A DNA stretch of 64,000 nucleotides from an uncultured delta proteobacterium (GCA_963808625.1 CAWEHK010000026.1:10228-74227); one strand, 5' to 3'. Shown: positions 10,280 through 22,016, numbered from the stretch's first letter. Notes: generated by a model not told the origin, from the letters alone. Numbers and translations: made by a program.

Positions 10280-11665
10280 TCATATCTTCTTCAGCTCAAC
10301 GATAGCTTCGTAGAGCTGGTCACGGTCCTGAGCCTTTCCGACGCGAACGCCCGACTGAATGATGCTGTTGCCTACCCTGGTTGCCCTGGGTATATTTATC
10401 TGAATCAATTTGAGGCCAATGGATTCCGCGATTTTGCCGAAGTACTGGTCCGTCGGGATGAGGATTCCCTGGAGGATGCTGTTGCCAATCACCACGAATG
10501 CTCTGCCGCCAGGCTTGAGAGCAAACTTAATCCCTTCAGCAAACTTAAGGCAGTCATTGAAATAGGTCGCTGCATAATTCGCCCAACCATTGCCACCGTA
10601 TACGCCCTTCTCCGGCTTAAGACCTCGCAGCGCCTCAAGTCGCAGGTGGATATCGCTTCCGGGTAAATCAAAATCGAGACCAAGGTGCTCTTTTTCGCGC
10701 ACCGTTTGCCAGAACTTCCCGAAGTTGGACTTTTCAAGTGGCGCCAGGTCCTTGGGTTGCTGAACAAACCCAAGCCAGTAAAGTTGCGGTCTTGTGTTTC
10801 GATTATAGTGGTAGTTATTGAGATAGGGAGGCGACGTGATAATCAAATCGACCGTTTCCGCCTCCAGGTGATCTTTCCAGTCGAAGAAGGAAGCCTCAAT
10901 GATGCGCGAACTCACTCTGCCTCCCTGTAACTTTCTTTGCATCCACAGCATGTCACTGCTCATGGCATCAAGCTTGTCAAGGAGAGCTTCTTCCACTGGA
11001 TAGTCGAGGATTTCCTCTTTTCCGGAACTGACGCGCCTGCTCAGGCTGGGCTCATAGGAATAATTGGAGTATTGAACCATGGTCGAGGCGAAAGCTAAGC
11101 GAAATAAATCCTTGACCCTGATTTCTTCAACAGTTTCCAGAAAATCGAAGAACCGAAGTACCCTCAAGAGTACCTTCGGGCTGTAGAATGGCGCCCGCGT
11201 GTGAAATCCTTGAGGAGGTAACGGACCTCGGTTGATAGCCCGAGAGCAGCCGTTCGGCACAAAACCTTTTCCACCGGACTACCTGCTCCTGAAAAGCAGG
11301 GATTGAGACTTCGCTGGCGCTGGTCTTTGCCCTGCTGGCCATGGCAGCATAGGGATTGATCTCGAATCCTATGGCATCATGCTGTTGGAGCAACGGCTTC
11401 CACGAGAGTGGTGCCAACGCCGCAGAAGGGGTCAAGAACGGTGCCCTTTCGGGAAAGATACCGCTCCATGACATCCTTGACGAAGTCGCTCGAGAATCCT
11501 GCAATCCACGGCACCCAGCGGTGTACTGGCAGAGCACTTGTTGCCTGCAAACGCCGGGTCACTGAATTCCGACTTCCGGTCAGCCAGACTGCGTCCCGAA
11601 CATTCAAACATTTTCAGCTGGCGCATCAAGGGCGCACTCTTGGGCAACGTGTTTGTTCGAGCCAT
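10280..11665 (-). CDS. Type II amino-DNA methyltransferase, probably N4-cytosine, alpha-type motif order (several frameshifts)
   Basis: HRWVPWIAGFS, motif I VLDPFCGVGTT, GFEINP, catalytic ITSPPY, LKPGG; spread across four overlapping ORFs. Confidence 0.85.
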
Positions 11666-11693
11666 AAACTCCCTTCGGCCCATACCGTACATC

Positions 11694-12522
11694 CTACACA
11701 GGTGGGTATTTCTCGTAATGCTCTGCGATTTGCGCTTTTATCTGCTCAACTGACAGGCCGTACGGCACATTCCCAGTTTTCGTTGCCCACGCTCGTCCCG
11801 GATGAAGTGTATCCCAAGGCGACTTGGTGTTTCTGCGTGTTTTCGGGTGTCCCCGTGTTTCCCGAAGCTGTAGCAAATCCGCACTTCATTGTTCCAGACT
11901 GGCATAAAACGTCGGACCAAGTATATCTCTGCGGTCCCCTGCCAGGCGCTCTTCACAACCAAAAAGCGGCACTCAAAATGATCCAGGCTCAAATTCCGTG
12001 CGGCCTCTATACTTCTTCGGTGATCTTTCAGGCGCCCCCAAAGCCTTGTTCCCTGTTCGGTTGGGATGGTCGCTTGATGCTTTGCTGGATCAGCTTTTCC
12101 GATATAGATCGGCGTTTCGGTGTTCACAATTGACTGATAGGCATCAAATGATCCTTTGTAGTAGAGCGCATATATACCTGAACCGTAAAACTTGGGAAGA
12201 GACTCGATCGGGTGTCGTGGCTGAACAAGCAGGGTATCCGCAATGAGCCGCCCGACAACGTTTGGGTCTAGGGATCGAGCACATACTGAGGTTGCCTGAT
12301 CGGGTCAAGTTCTAAGAGGAATCGCTCCAGCCTGTCGATAGCGCTCTCAATATTCATGCGGAGCTGCTTGAGCTTAGCTGCCTGTATCGTTGCAGGGTCA
12401 ACCGGTTCCTGCGGTAAAGACTCAAGGAGTGATCGAAGAGCGCTAAGCAACTTGGCATGGTCGAAGGTGTTGGGCAAGGAATTCAGGCCTTTCTTCTTAT
12501 CGAAGCATCGAGTTCTGTTCAC
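11694..12522 (-). CDS. Eco29kI-family GIY-YIG restriction endonuclease (frameshifts near 12268 and 11830)
   Basis: Manual translation of 12127-12267 gives FYGSGIYALYYKG, followed by PIYIGKA, RLKDHRRSI, PVWN, FGKHGD; directly upstream of the MTase. Confidence 0.85.
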
Positions 12523-12661
12523 TGAGGGTCAACAACGAACCGATTCTAAACCCATGAACCAGGATTGCAAGGGCAAATGCCGTTGCAGGTTGACGCCACC
12601 TTCATGGCATCCAAGAGGCATGGAATCTGCCTGGCAGCTTCCAATTCCTTCTTATCCAAAT

Positions 12662-13714
12662 TTACGGCATGATCTTCCGCATCAGGTCATGAAAACTGTA
12701 GTCTGCGTTCCCAAGCCAATGCTGGTAGGCAATTATGTGCCTCACCTTCAGGCTCAATTCCAAGCCGCCGATGCCTTCCTCATAGTAGAGCGTTGGGAAG
12801 CGTTCGACCTCGGGCAGTGGCTCTTTAGACATTTCCTCAAGCCATGACATTCCAAACGTGGCTCTTTCCTTTGGGTCGTCAATGGCTAAAGCTTTTGCCA
12901 TGACCTCTTTCAGGAACGCTTCACTATCGCGCTTCAGCACCGGCTTTTTGTCAAAAAAGTGTTCATGCCCCGGCACATCTCCAGGAAACGGATTATCGAA
13001 AAACCTGTTGACGATCTCGATATCAGTGACCTGGGCAACGGACCGGTCCAAATGCTTGTCGAAGAATTCTACGGCCTTTATGGCCCTGTCGAATGAATTG
13101 AGGTTTAGGAACATATCATCGTTCGATCTGGAAAAGAAAGAGCCCAAGACAATCGGCCGCTTTCTCCAGGGTATTGAGGAGTAGGAGTTTGCGAATCTCA
13201 GCTTCTTGGCCTCCTTGGAATACAGCCAAACCCATCGCTGTTTGGATTTGTCGTAATCCATGCATCGCAGCTTCGCGAAGGTGTCTGCCACTTTTTCTTT
13301 ATGGAACAATTGGAAGTGAAGCCGGGTGGGCTGATAAGGTTCCCCGGTTATCGTCACGAGGAAGGCCCTGTCCTGGGCCACGCCGATCTCGTCAAGCCCA
13401 TATTCCGTTGTCAATTCATCAGAGGTTCTTGCTACATCATCCGCGCTGTCTCTTGGGCTTACTGGATCAACCTCGCTTTGAAGGAGCCAAATCATGGTCC
13501 AGTCCAATCCTTGCTTTTCAGACTTGACAAACTCAGACCGTGAGATGCTCTTCATGGTTATGCTATCCCATTGGATGCAGATCATGGGTTCATCGTCACC
13601 TTTTTCAATCTCGATGATTCTGCCTTGCCTTCCTGCCAGATTCGTCCCGAAATCGGGATCAGTGACTCCCTTTCTCACCTTGACTGACTCGCCAACCTTA
13701 AATCTGAACTTCAT
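12662..13714 (-). CDS. Hypothetical two-domain protein
   Basis: Uninterrupted 350-aa ORF with RBS; SH3-like N-terminus FKVGESVKVRKGVTDPDF...WDSIT; no function recognised. Confidence 0.65.
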   Translation of the reverse strand: MKFRFKVGESVKVRKGVTDPDFGTNLAGRQGRIIEIEKGDDEPMICIQWDSITMKSISRSEFVKSEKQGLDWTMIWLLQSEVDPVSPRDSADDVARTSDELTTEYGLDEIGVAQDRAFLVTITGEPYQPTRLHFQLFHKEKVADTFAKLRCMDYDKSKQRWVWLYSKEAKKLRFANSYSSIPWRKRPIVLGSFFSRSNDDMFLNLNSFDRAIKAVEFFDKHLDRSVAQVTDIEIVNRFFDNPFPGDVPGHEHFFDKKPVLKRDSEAFLKEVMAKALAIDDPKERATFGMSWLEEMSKEPLPEVERFPTLYYEEGIGGLELSLKVRHIIAYQHWLGNADYSFHDLMRKIMP

Positions 13715-14230
13715 TCCCGTTCTCCCGATAGTTAGCTTGCAGCGGGAGTCTACCAGCAACACCCTTGGGGTTCAAAACGAAATCGTTCGCACGGTGAAAG
13801 CCGGTCTCAAGGGGATTATCGGTGTACTGTGGTTTTTCTGAGGATCTGACACGGCTTTGGTAATGCAGCCGGCATCTTCACAACACCTCGGAAGACTCCG
13901 GGTCAATGAAATCATCTGCAAGCCGTTCAACCCATTCAACATCGATGAAGTGCTGGAAGAATACTCTTCAGGAATGCTTGTGGATTATTCGATAGATAGG
14001 GCCGGTTGATTCGTCGGTCGTTTTGTCGGCTGACCACTGAAAGATAACGAACTCAGTGGAGGCGACCACGGCGCCAACTCTCGTGAAGTGGTGGATTTTC
14101 TAATATGATGTGGATGTGGAAGATTTTCATGATGTCAAAATTTCAATCATCAGGAGAGCTATCTGATATCGAAGTGCTGCAGCACCAACGGTGCGATACA
14201 AAGACATCCGTACCTGAGTTATCATGTCAA

Positions 14231-14440
14231 TCAACGCATCTGCAACCAGGCAGCGTCCACACAGCGAAAGAGGTATTTGTGATCGTCTTCCTTGACGCCG
14301 AGGATGAAGTGGCAGCCGGCGGCCAGAATATCACGGATGTGAGGCGCATTGAGGCTCAGAGCGTCTTCGGTGATGATGGCTCGAAGGTGCGGGTAGTGCC
14401 GAAGTGGGGTTCTCAAGCGACTGCTCCCAAGCCGGGACAC
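14231..14440 (-). pseudogene. DDE transposase fragment
   Basis: IITEDALSLNAPHIRDI...FILGVKEDDHKYLF resembles the second-Asp region of ISAs1/ISNCY-like transposases; no rest of the gene and no IRs seen. Confidence 0.6.
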
Positions 14441-14462
14441 CGGTGGTATCTCCGATCTATAT

Positions 14463-15206
14463 TCACAAGTGAAGAAGTTTTGTCCCGAACACGTTCATCA
14501 TAAGCAAAAACCAATCATTCAGGATGTGGGCGCCGGAACTGACCCATAGGTTCTTGGTCTTAATGTAGGCCAACGTTAGAATAAGACGCGCCGTGCCGAT
14601 GATGATGAGGCATTGAGCGAAATTCCAATCGTACGTCGGCAGGTGGACTGAGCCGAACAAGACCGCCGAGGCCAACCAGGCCCAGAAGACGCCGGCGGCG
14701 CGGCGCATGCCACCGCGAGAAACCAGCCACTGTAGCAGCGCGAGGAAAGGCAGGATCGTCAACACTTCCTCCCCCACAAGCTGTACGGCGGTCTTGGTAA
14801 GGAACAGAACAAGCTCCCCCGGTGCAAGGCTGTTTGCCGTGGCTATGGCCTGATTGGCTGTTGCGCCGATGGTTGCCCTAACGATGCCCCCAACCACCAT
14901 GGTGACCACAAAGTTCAGCAGGGCGAACAGGATCATACTCTTGATTGCACGCCACCCAACAGAGCCAAACAGCCTGCCAGCGTTTCCTTTGCTTATCAAC
15001 GACAGTCCGGCAAGGGGGATCGCAGGGAACAGCAAGGCTGGAACGAAGGCGCCAAGGGCACCTCCCGGCCAGGAAATTGGGGCGATGAGTAGCGCGAAAG
15101 CCGCCGCCACCAGCGCGGCGAGAACCAACCAGTGCCCCCCGGACAATGCGACCGGAGCTCCATTATAGAAGGGAAAATCGCGTCCCGGATCTTCGGGAAG
15201 TTGCAT
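14463..15206 (-). CDS. CPBP (Abi/CAAX) family intramembrane metalloprotease
   Basis: Multi-TM protein with GEE, FGSVH and H-x3-D (AHILND) motifs. Confidence 0.85.
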   Translation of the reverse strand: MQLPEDPGRDFPFYNGAPVALSGGHWLVLAALVAAAFALLIAPISWPGGALGAFVPALLFPAIPLAGLSLISKGNAGRLFGSVGWRAIKSMILFALLNFVVTMVVGGIVRATIGATANQAIATANSLAPGELVLFLTKTAVQLVGEEVLTILPFLALLQWLVSRGGMRRAAGVFWAWLASAVLFGSVHLPTYDWNFAQCLIIIGTARLILTLAYIKTKNLWVSSGAHILNDWFLLMMNVFGTKLLHL

Positions 15207-15210
15207 GCCG

Positions 15211-18200
15211 TTAGTTCTCCTTTTTAACTGACGAAAGATCCTGGAGCAGGCGATGAATGGCCGCCTCCAACTGTGGATCGCGACCGGCGGCAATATCGTC
15301 CGGTGTGTTATACGCCAGGATATCCGGCACGGTTTCGCTGTTCTCAAACCATCCCGTCTCGCGATCTTTCGCCCCAAGCTGCGGAATGCCGTACTTGATG
15401 CTGTCATTTAGTAGTTGCATCCACCAGACGGCGGTGCCGGTGCCGGGAACACGGGTGCCGACGACGGGACCGATCTTCAGCCGCTGATAGAGATGAGGGA
15501 AGATGCTGCCGTCGGAGTAGCTGGAGGCATTGGCCAAGAGGATGCTGGGCTTGCCCCAGCGGTCAACCGGGATTCGGCTGGCGTGAAAGCCGTCCCGTGA
15601 GAAAAAGTCGGCGGTGACATCACCCGTGAAAAGGGTGGCGAGCTGGTCATGGAGCATGCCGCCCCCGTTGTAGCGGACATCAGTCACCAGTGCTTCTTTA
15701 TCCCGACCCTCTCCGAACAGATAGTCCACGGCGCGTTGGTAGTTGTTGGCGTCCATTTCTGAAATGTAGAGGTATCCCAGTCGTCCCCCTGAAAGATCCG
15801 CGGTGATCTTTCGGCGCTGTGCCATCCAATGATCAACCGCCAATACTTTCGCCGCCTCGAGGCTGATGGGCGTGACGATGATGTTAGTTGATGCCGCGCC
15901 CGCTTCGGGTGTTACGGTCAGTTCGATGGGTGTTCCGGTCTTGCGATTGAGCAAGGCGTGGAGGTGTTCAATGTGGAGGACCGGAGCTCCATCCATTTTG
16001 GTGATGATCGATCCCGGCTTGATGGGTTTGATGGCCAGATCGCAAGGACCGCCGACAAGAATATCCTTCACCCTGACGCCCGAACCTGTGTAGGTGTTGT
16101 CCTCGTAAATGCCGAGTGAGGCGGTGCGGTCAGCGAGTGGCGGCTGGTGGAGCCAATAGCAACCCATATGCGAGGCATTCAGCTCGCCGGCCATCTCGCC
16201 CATAAGGTCACAGAAATCTTCCCATTGCTGGAGGTTGGGCAGGTATTTGGCGTAGCTGGCGCGGAGGGCCTCCCAATCCCGGCCGTGCATCTTGGGCTCG
16301 TAGAACTTGAGCTTGGTCATCCGCCAGAAATGCTGAAACAGCCAATCCATTTCTCCGCGTGGATCATAGTCCAGTTTCGCCTCAAAGGGGATCAGGCGCG
16401 AACTGCCGTCCGCCAGGGAGATGCGTTCGATGCCCGCGGGACTGATGCCGATAGAGGGCCTCGCCGCGATCATCCATGGACATGGACACCGCAGTCAACG
16501 GTTTCGCGAAGATCTGTTTGAACGACTCGCTCGCGAGACCGACGCGGTAGCCCAGAAGTTGTCCCGTGGCGTTGGTGGTAAGGACCAGTAATTCGCGGCC
16601 ATCCGGGAAGACCTTCATGTAGAGCACGCCGGCCAGTGAGACGGGGCTGAGGCGGGTGATACGGTGCCGGATACCGTCGGTCTGCGGCTGCCAAGCGGTG
16701 GTGTTTTTGTTTGTATCTTTGCTGTCAGCCTTTGGCGGAAGGCCAGCGCCGGAGCGGGCGAGCTTGAAGGCGTCAAAGGCTTCCTGAGTCAGATGGGCGA
16801 TGAAGATGTCCTCCTGGCTCGCCTTGCCGTGGGGGGTGCGGAGACCCAGGCGGTCGCTGGTCCAAAGGACGGATTGCCCGTCGGGGAGAAAGAAGGGACT
16901 CCTGTTGGCATACCCGCTTTGGGACAGGTTAACCGGCGGCTTCTTGCCGGTGGCGTCACAAAGGGCGATGTCCATGTCGCCAACGATGGAGCCCAGAGTC
17001 GCCAGCAGGAATCGACCGTCGGGTGACCAATCATAGCCGATGTCTCCATCAGCGTAGCTGTAAACATGGCCTGGCGGGAGCGGGGTGGCAGTGGTGTTGT
17101 CAACGCGGTTCCAAACCTTGATGTTGTTGCGATTATCGAGGTACGCAATGCGATTTCCATCCGGCGAATACGCCGGGAAAAGCAAATCGACTTCGCTGGC
17201 GATAATCTTCTTCTCCTCCATTCCGCCGGGGGTGGTAAAACCGGAGCGCCCCTCCGGTAAAGCCACTTCGTAGATCTCGGAAACGCCATCGCGCTCGCTG
17301 CAGAACAACAGGCGGCGGCCGTCAGGGCTGAAGCGGATATGTTGTTCGAAGGCCGGGGTATTGGTGATCCGGCGGGAACGCCCACTGTCGGTCGAGGCAA
17401 CATAGATTTCACCGTGGGAGACGAAGGCGACCTCCGAGCCGTCAGGCCGGGAGACGATCTCGGATACATAGGCGTTGGCGCTGGCGGAAAAGGTGCCGGA
17501 AACGAGAGGAGCTTGACGGATGCGAATGTTGAGTGGCAGGGCTTCGCCACCGTTCGATGCTCGGCGCCAGATCACGCCGTCATGGGCATAGACCAGCGTG
17601 CCGTCCTGGGCGAGGCTCACGAAGCGTACGGGCCGGCCCTTATGATACGTGATTTGCCGGGGCTCGGCGCCCGCCTCAAGCCCGACCTGCCAGACGTTGA
17701 AACTGCCGCCATTCTGTTCGCTTACATAATAGATGCTCTTACCGTCGGGAGCAAAGAAGCCATCACGGTCTTCGCCTCGGTTGTGGGTAAGCTGGCGATG
17801 CTTCCGGGTGGAAAGGTCGTAGAGCCACAGGTCCCGGGTTCCATCCGAAACCGCCCCCTTGCGCCACTCATTTTCATATACCGGGCAGTTGTCGTAGACC
17901 AGGCTTTTGCCATCCGGACCACCGCCACGTTGAGGGCTGGTGTGGGGAGAAGCAGCTGCACCGCGCCTCCGGCGACTGGGACCGTGTAGAGCTGGGTGCT
18001 GCCATGGTACGCCCCGACCAACTCCGTTTTCGGGCTGCCGATCCGGGACGAGCCAAAATAGATCGTGCTGCCATCGGCCGAGAAGGCATAAGGCACATCG
18101 TCCGCCGAGTGGTAGGTCAGACGGCGCGGAGGGGCGCCTCCAACAATCGCGGTAGCAAAAACATCGAAATTCCCATTGCGCTTGCAGGCAAAAGCAAGCG

Positions 18201-18465
18201 TCTTGCCATCGGGTGACCACACCGGTCGGGTGGAGTAAAACTCTCCGCTCGTGAGCGGTACAGCCTCGCCCCCCTGCGCGTCAACCATCCAAAGCTGGCC
18301 CCCGAAGGCGAAGGCGATGGTGCGTCCGTCTGGGGAAATCGCCGGATACCGCAACCATAACGGTGGTGCGATCTTCTCCTCCGCAGTGGCATGAAGGGCG
18401 CCACCTGCCAGTAAACATGCAACAAGGAACAAATACTTGAAAACATCAGGCATCTTGTTTTTCAT
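15211..18465 (-). CDS. Secreted tricorn-like S41 protease (frameshifts near 17925 and 16450)
   Basis: Signal peptide, WLRYPAISPDG and SPDG beta-propeller repeats, GELNASH, PDZ-like region, DVRYNGGG, catalytic SDG. Confidence 0.9.
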
Positions 18466-18966
18466 AAATCCCCCTCCAGAACAAATGATTCTGTAGTTTC
18501 TGTAAGACTCCAGGACGAGCGATGGATCATTCAACGACAGCGAGACGGATGAGATTCGGTGTGTTGCTCTCTGCGGAGAGTTGACTTCCCCCAACATCCT
18601 GACTTTGCAGCTTAATTCAGTATCGAGGCTCCTGCAAGGATATTCCGATGCCGGGCACACCCCTATCTGTAAAACATGCCGGCAAGAAAGATTTTCAAAA
18701 AGCTCGAAAGCTTCCTGACACTCAGTTTGCTCGCCAATACATGTGGCAAGGAGCTCAAAAGGTTCCGGTCGGGACAGTCACCGGAATGTCACTGGATCTT
18801 GCCAGAAGGTGGAATCCGACCAAACGGACTTCGCATAAAAAGTATGATCTGAAGGTGGTGAATTTTCGTGACGTTGAGATTTCCAGGATCAGGCGAGATA
18901 TGGATTAAGCTGAGGATCCCCTTCATATTGGTAAGGTATTCTCAATAGCTTCTAACACAGCAGCCT

Positions 18967-19383
18967 CTACTGAAGGATGTTTGGAGAAATCAGTCTCACG
19001 GAGGGAAAGTAGGATTTGTATCTCGATACATCACGAGTGAGCAATACGAGTTCGTCTACAGCCGCATGGGCTCCAATGAAAAGATCCGGGAGAGGTGACA
19101 GCTTGAGTCCCTTTCGTTTCCGGTATTCGACGAACACCTTGGCGGCCAGAAAGAGCCCCTCTTTGGGAATCTGCAGCATATGGGCTCCACAATTTGCGAT
19201 TGCCGCTTCCAGTTCTTCGATCCGCTGAAACCCTACGGAGACCTCGGCATAAATGATGGGGTTGATGCAAAGTATGTGAGTAGTGCTGTAGTATTCAAGC
19301 ATCTCCTCGGACCATTGCGCCCATACCGGATCATCCTCAAATACATCAAGCAGCACGTTGGAGTCTACCAGGAGCCCGATCAT
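18967..19383 (-). CDS. vapC: VapC-family PIN toxin
   Basis: LVDSNVLLD, IYAEVS, PLPDLFIGAHA, LLTRD; overlaps the antitoxin stop. Confidence 0.9.
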   Translation of the reverse strand: MIGLLVDSNVLLDVFEDDPVWAQWSEEMLEYYSTTHILCINPIIYAEVSVGFQRIEELEAAIANCGAHMLQIPKEGLFLAAKVFVEYRKRKGLKLSPLPDLFIGAHAAVDELVLLTRDVSRYKSYFPSVRLISPNILQ

Positions 19384-19604
19384 TCGTCGCCCCTCGTTAA
19401 TGCCATGATCTCATCGGTTGTCATCTTGACGGTGGCGATTCCTCGAAGCGCTCCAAATCTCTTCCGGGGACGATGACCACTCTTCTTTAGCAGGTAAACA
19501 CGGTCACCGTCTTCTACAAAGTCGACCTCGCTGTTGGGAGCAATCCCCAATTTTTCGCGAATGTACTGGGGTATCGTTACCTGTCCTTTTGCCGTGACAC
19601 GCAT
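19380..19604 (-). CDS. vapB: AbrB/MazE-family antitoxin
   Basis: MRVTAKGQVTIPQYIREKLGI swapped-hairpin motif. Confidence 0.88.
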   Translation of the reverse strand: MRVTAKGQVTIPQYIREKLGIAPNSEVDFVEDGDRVYLLKKSGHRPRKRFGALRGIATVKMTTDEIMALTRGDE

Positions 19605-20036
19605 GGTCCGTCTCCTTTTAAGTAAGAACCATAATAATACTACTACTACTCTAAACAAGGTGTCGCGGCAAGTGATTTAAGGGCTGGCGCAAAGGCAGAT
19701 TCTTGGAGGGAAGCGGAGTCGATTCATGGCTGGTATTTTCAACACAACTTGCCAATACCTTAAATTCCCCAATTGTTTCCATATCATCTGTATATCTGCG
19801 TTCGGACATGCGGAAACCAGGGTGTCTTACATTCTTTACAGATTCTTGGGCCTGGCCCGAGGACCGCTTCATAGATCGTCTCACCACCCTCCAACGATAC
19901 CCCAGACTCAGCAGCAAACTTCAATGACATTTTGGTTTTGAACATCACTGCTTGTCTCAGGAAATCCACTGAAGTAGTATGCACCCTTCACCGCTCGAAT
20001 CAATCCGGGGATCCCTGCATTTTCGAGGAGCAATTG

Positions 20037-20236
20037 ATGACCGTAACCAAAGCTCAGATCGTTGAAAATCTTTTGGCCAAGAATCTGTTCACCAAAGGTG
20101 ATTCGGCCTAAATCATTGACACGCTCTTCGAACCGATCAAGCAATCCCTGGAAAGGGGCGAAGATGTCATGATCAGTGGCTTCGGGACGTTTTTCGTTCG
20201 GGAAAAGCGCCAACGGCAGGGAAGAAATCTCCAGAG
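20037..20236 (+). pseudogene. IHF-alpha/HU-like remnant with an internal stop, truncated
   Basis: Manual translation MTVTKAQIVENL...DSA*IIDTLFEPIKQSLERGEDVMISGFGTFFVREKRQRQGRNLQ; not in the ORF track. Confidence 0.8.
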
Positions 20237-20286
20237 ATGAAGGCCATGCTAAAGCTTTTTGAGGATTCTCAGGAAGAGGTGATCCA

Positions 20287-20857
20287 ATGCCCGTCCAACA
20301 CAGGAACCGAAAAGGACAGACTTACACCCTGTGCCAGGGTAAAAGCAAAACAGGCACTCCGCAGTACTTTTTTTCGATGAAACCCAAGGGGGATCTGGCT
20401 GAGGCAATTCCTGAGGGGTACGAAATCTACGAGAACCCAAACGCCCAGGTTTTCCTCCGCAAGATTCAGCCACAACTCATTTGGGATTCAGAGAGGGCCA
20501 TGCTCGAAAAGCACCTCCCGGAATCTCCTGGAATGTTCCTGTGCGATATCAGAGGGAAGACGATCACCATTTTCGAAGCCGACCAGGATATCAAGAGCCT
20601 GGAAGAGTCCTTTCGGTCCTTGGCCTTCCCTCGAACTGATCGACACCGCTGAGTTGATCAGAAAGGCAGCTAATTTCTCGGGCGTGTTTCGTTTCACCCT
20701 TCAGGATGCTGAAAAAAGACTGTTTAGCCTCGAACGTTACTGCTTCAAGGGCTCCATCGATGACTGGATCTACCTCGCCGGCCCTGAAGAATTGGCAAAT
20801 CTGGCGAAAGAGTACCTGAAGCATTTGGGTCAGAAATCGTTCTATGAGCTTTACTGA
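20287..20857 (+). CDS. Hypothetical protein (frameshift near 20640)
   Basis: RBS GAGGTG; ORFs 20287-20652 and 20654-20857 join with a 1-nt shift. Confidence 0.6.
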
Positions 20858-20874
20858 CCTTTCCTCCTGCCCGG

Positions 20875-21775
20875 TCAGGCAACTTCCAGCTGCAGGTAGA
20901 GGTCCCCTCTGGTATAGGGTTGGTTCGGCAAAGGCCGGCCCATTTGCCTGAGCCGCAGTTTGGTGCCGGATTTGACCCCGGGTGGGATCTTGATGGAGAC
21001 CTGCTTCCCGCCTTGAAAATGGGGCAGTTCCACTTCTACGGTAGCCCCCCGCGCGGCGTCCACCGCTGAAACAAGCAATTGGTAGGTGACATCGAACCCC
21101 TCTGGGACCTCTGGTGTTTTGCCCTGAGGCAACGGGCTGGTCACCCGGTTCGCCGAGCAGTTTATTGAGAAGGTACTTGCCGGCCTTCTTCCCGGCTTTG
21201 GCGAGCAGGGATACGCCCTGTTGGAGGATGCCTTTGGGCTGAGATCCGGCATCCTGGTGGGGTGGGCGGGCGGGGCCGGTCGGCCAGGGCGATTGCGGTC
21301 TGGTTCGACTCCCGGAGCGGAACACGCGCACGCCGCCGGGGCCATCAAAGAAAACTCCCTGGAAGAAAATAGTTTTGTCGCCAAAGAACATGCGGTTGAA
21401 GAAGGTATCGTCGAAGCGAAATCCCATCCGCTGGAATTCTCTCTGCAGTTCCGCGAAGAGGTCCTGCGCATCGCGACTCCTGTAGAAATCCCTCAGGATG
21501 TCTTCCTGCGAGTAGCGAAAACCATACTGGGCCCCCCCACCGTATTGCTGCTGATACCCAACACGCCGAAATTGATCATACTGAGCGCGTTTCTGGGGAT
21601 CACTCAGGACACCGTAGGCTTCACTGATGCGCTTGAAGCGTTCCTCAGCTCGCTGATCGTTGGGGTTCCGGTCCGGATGGGTCTCGAGCGCGAGTTTGCG
21701 ATAGGCCTTCTTGATTTCTTCCGGGGAGGCCTCGGCTGCAACTCCCAGGGCTTGGTAGTAATCATTATGCGACAT
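20875..21775 (-). CDS. DnaJ-domain protein, CbpA-like (frameshift near 21100)
   Basis: DYYQALGV...[17 protein letters not shown]-domain; DnaJ_C ([13 protein letters not shown]...GDLYL) in the alternative frame; no Zn finger. Confidence 0.85.
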
Positions 21776-22016
21776 TCTTGCCCGTTTCCTTTTGACGAGT
21801 CTGTGACTCTGTGTTCTTCTCACCCTCCCTTGGCTCCGCCCCCGAAAGGAAGGAGCCCGGGAGACCTGGAAGCAAGATCTTTCGATCCTTCGCTGCCGAC
21901 ATGGTCGACCGCATTACGCTGTAAGTATAAGATCACTCCTTAAGAAGATCAACGATGCAGCGGCTCGGGGAAATTCTCGCAAGTTGCCATGATCAAATTG
22001 GATTAAGAGCAAGGCT

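Noticed and set aside
13780..14230. Possible degraded gene between the hypothetical gene and the transposase remnant
   Set aside because: Only short broken frames, nothing recognisable
19651..19945. Small frameshifted ORF upstream of vapB
   Set aside because: It can be stitched to about 97 aa but has no motif support
20640..20660. Selenocysteine UGA readthrough at 20650-20652
   Set aside because: The downstream coding region is in a different frame, so this is a frameshift rather than readthrough
21825..21863. Hairpin upstream of the DnaJ-family gene as CIRCE or RNA thermometer
   Set aside because: It does not match TTAGCACTC-N9-GAGTGCTAA and does not cover the RBS
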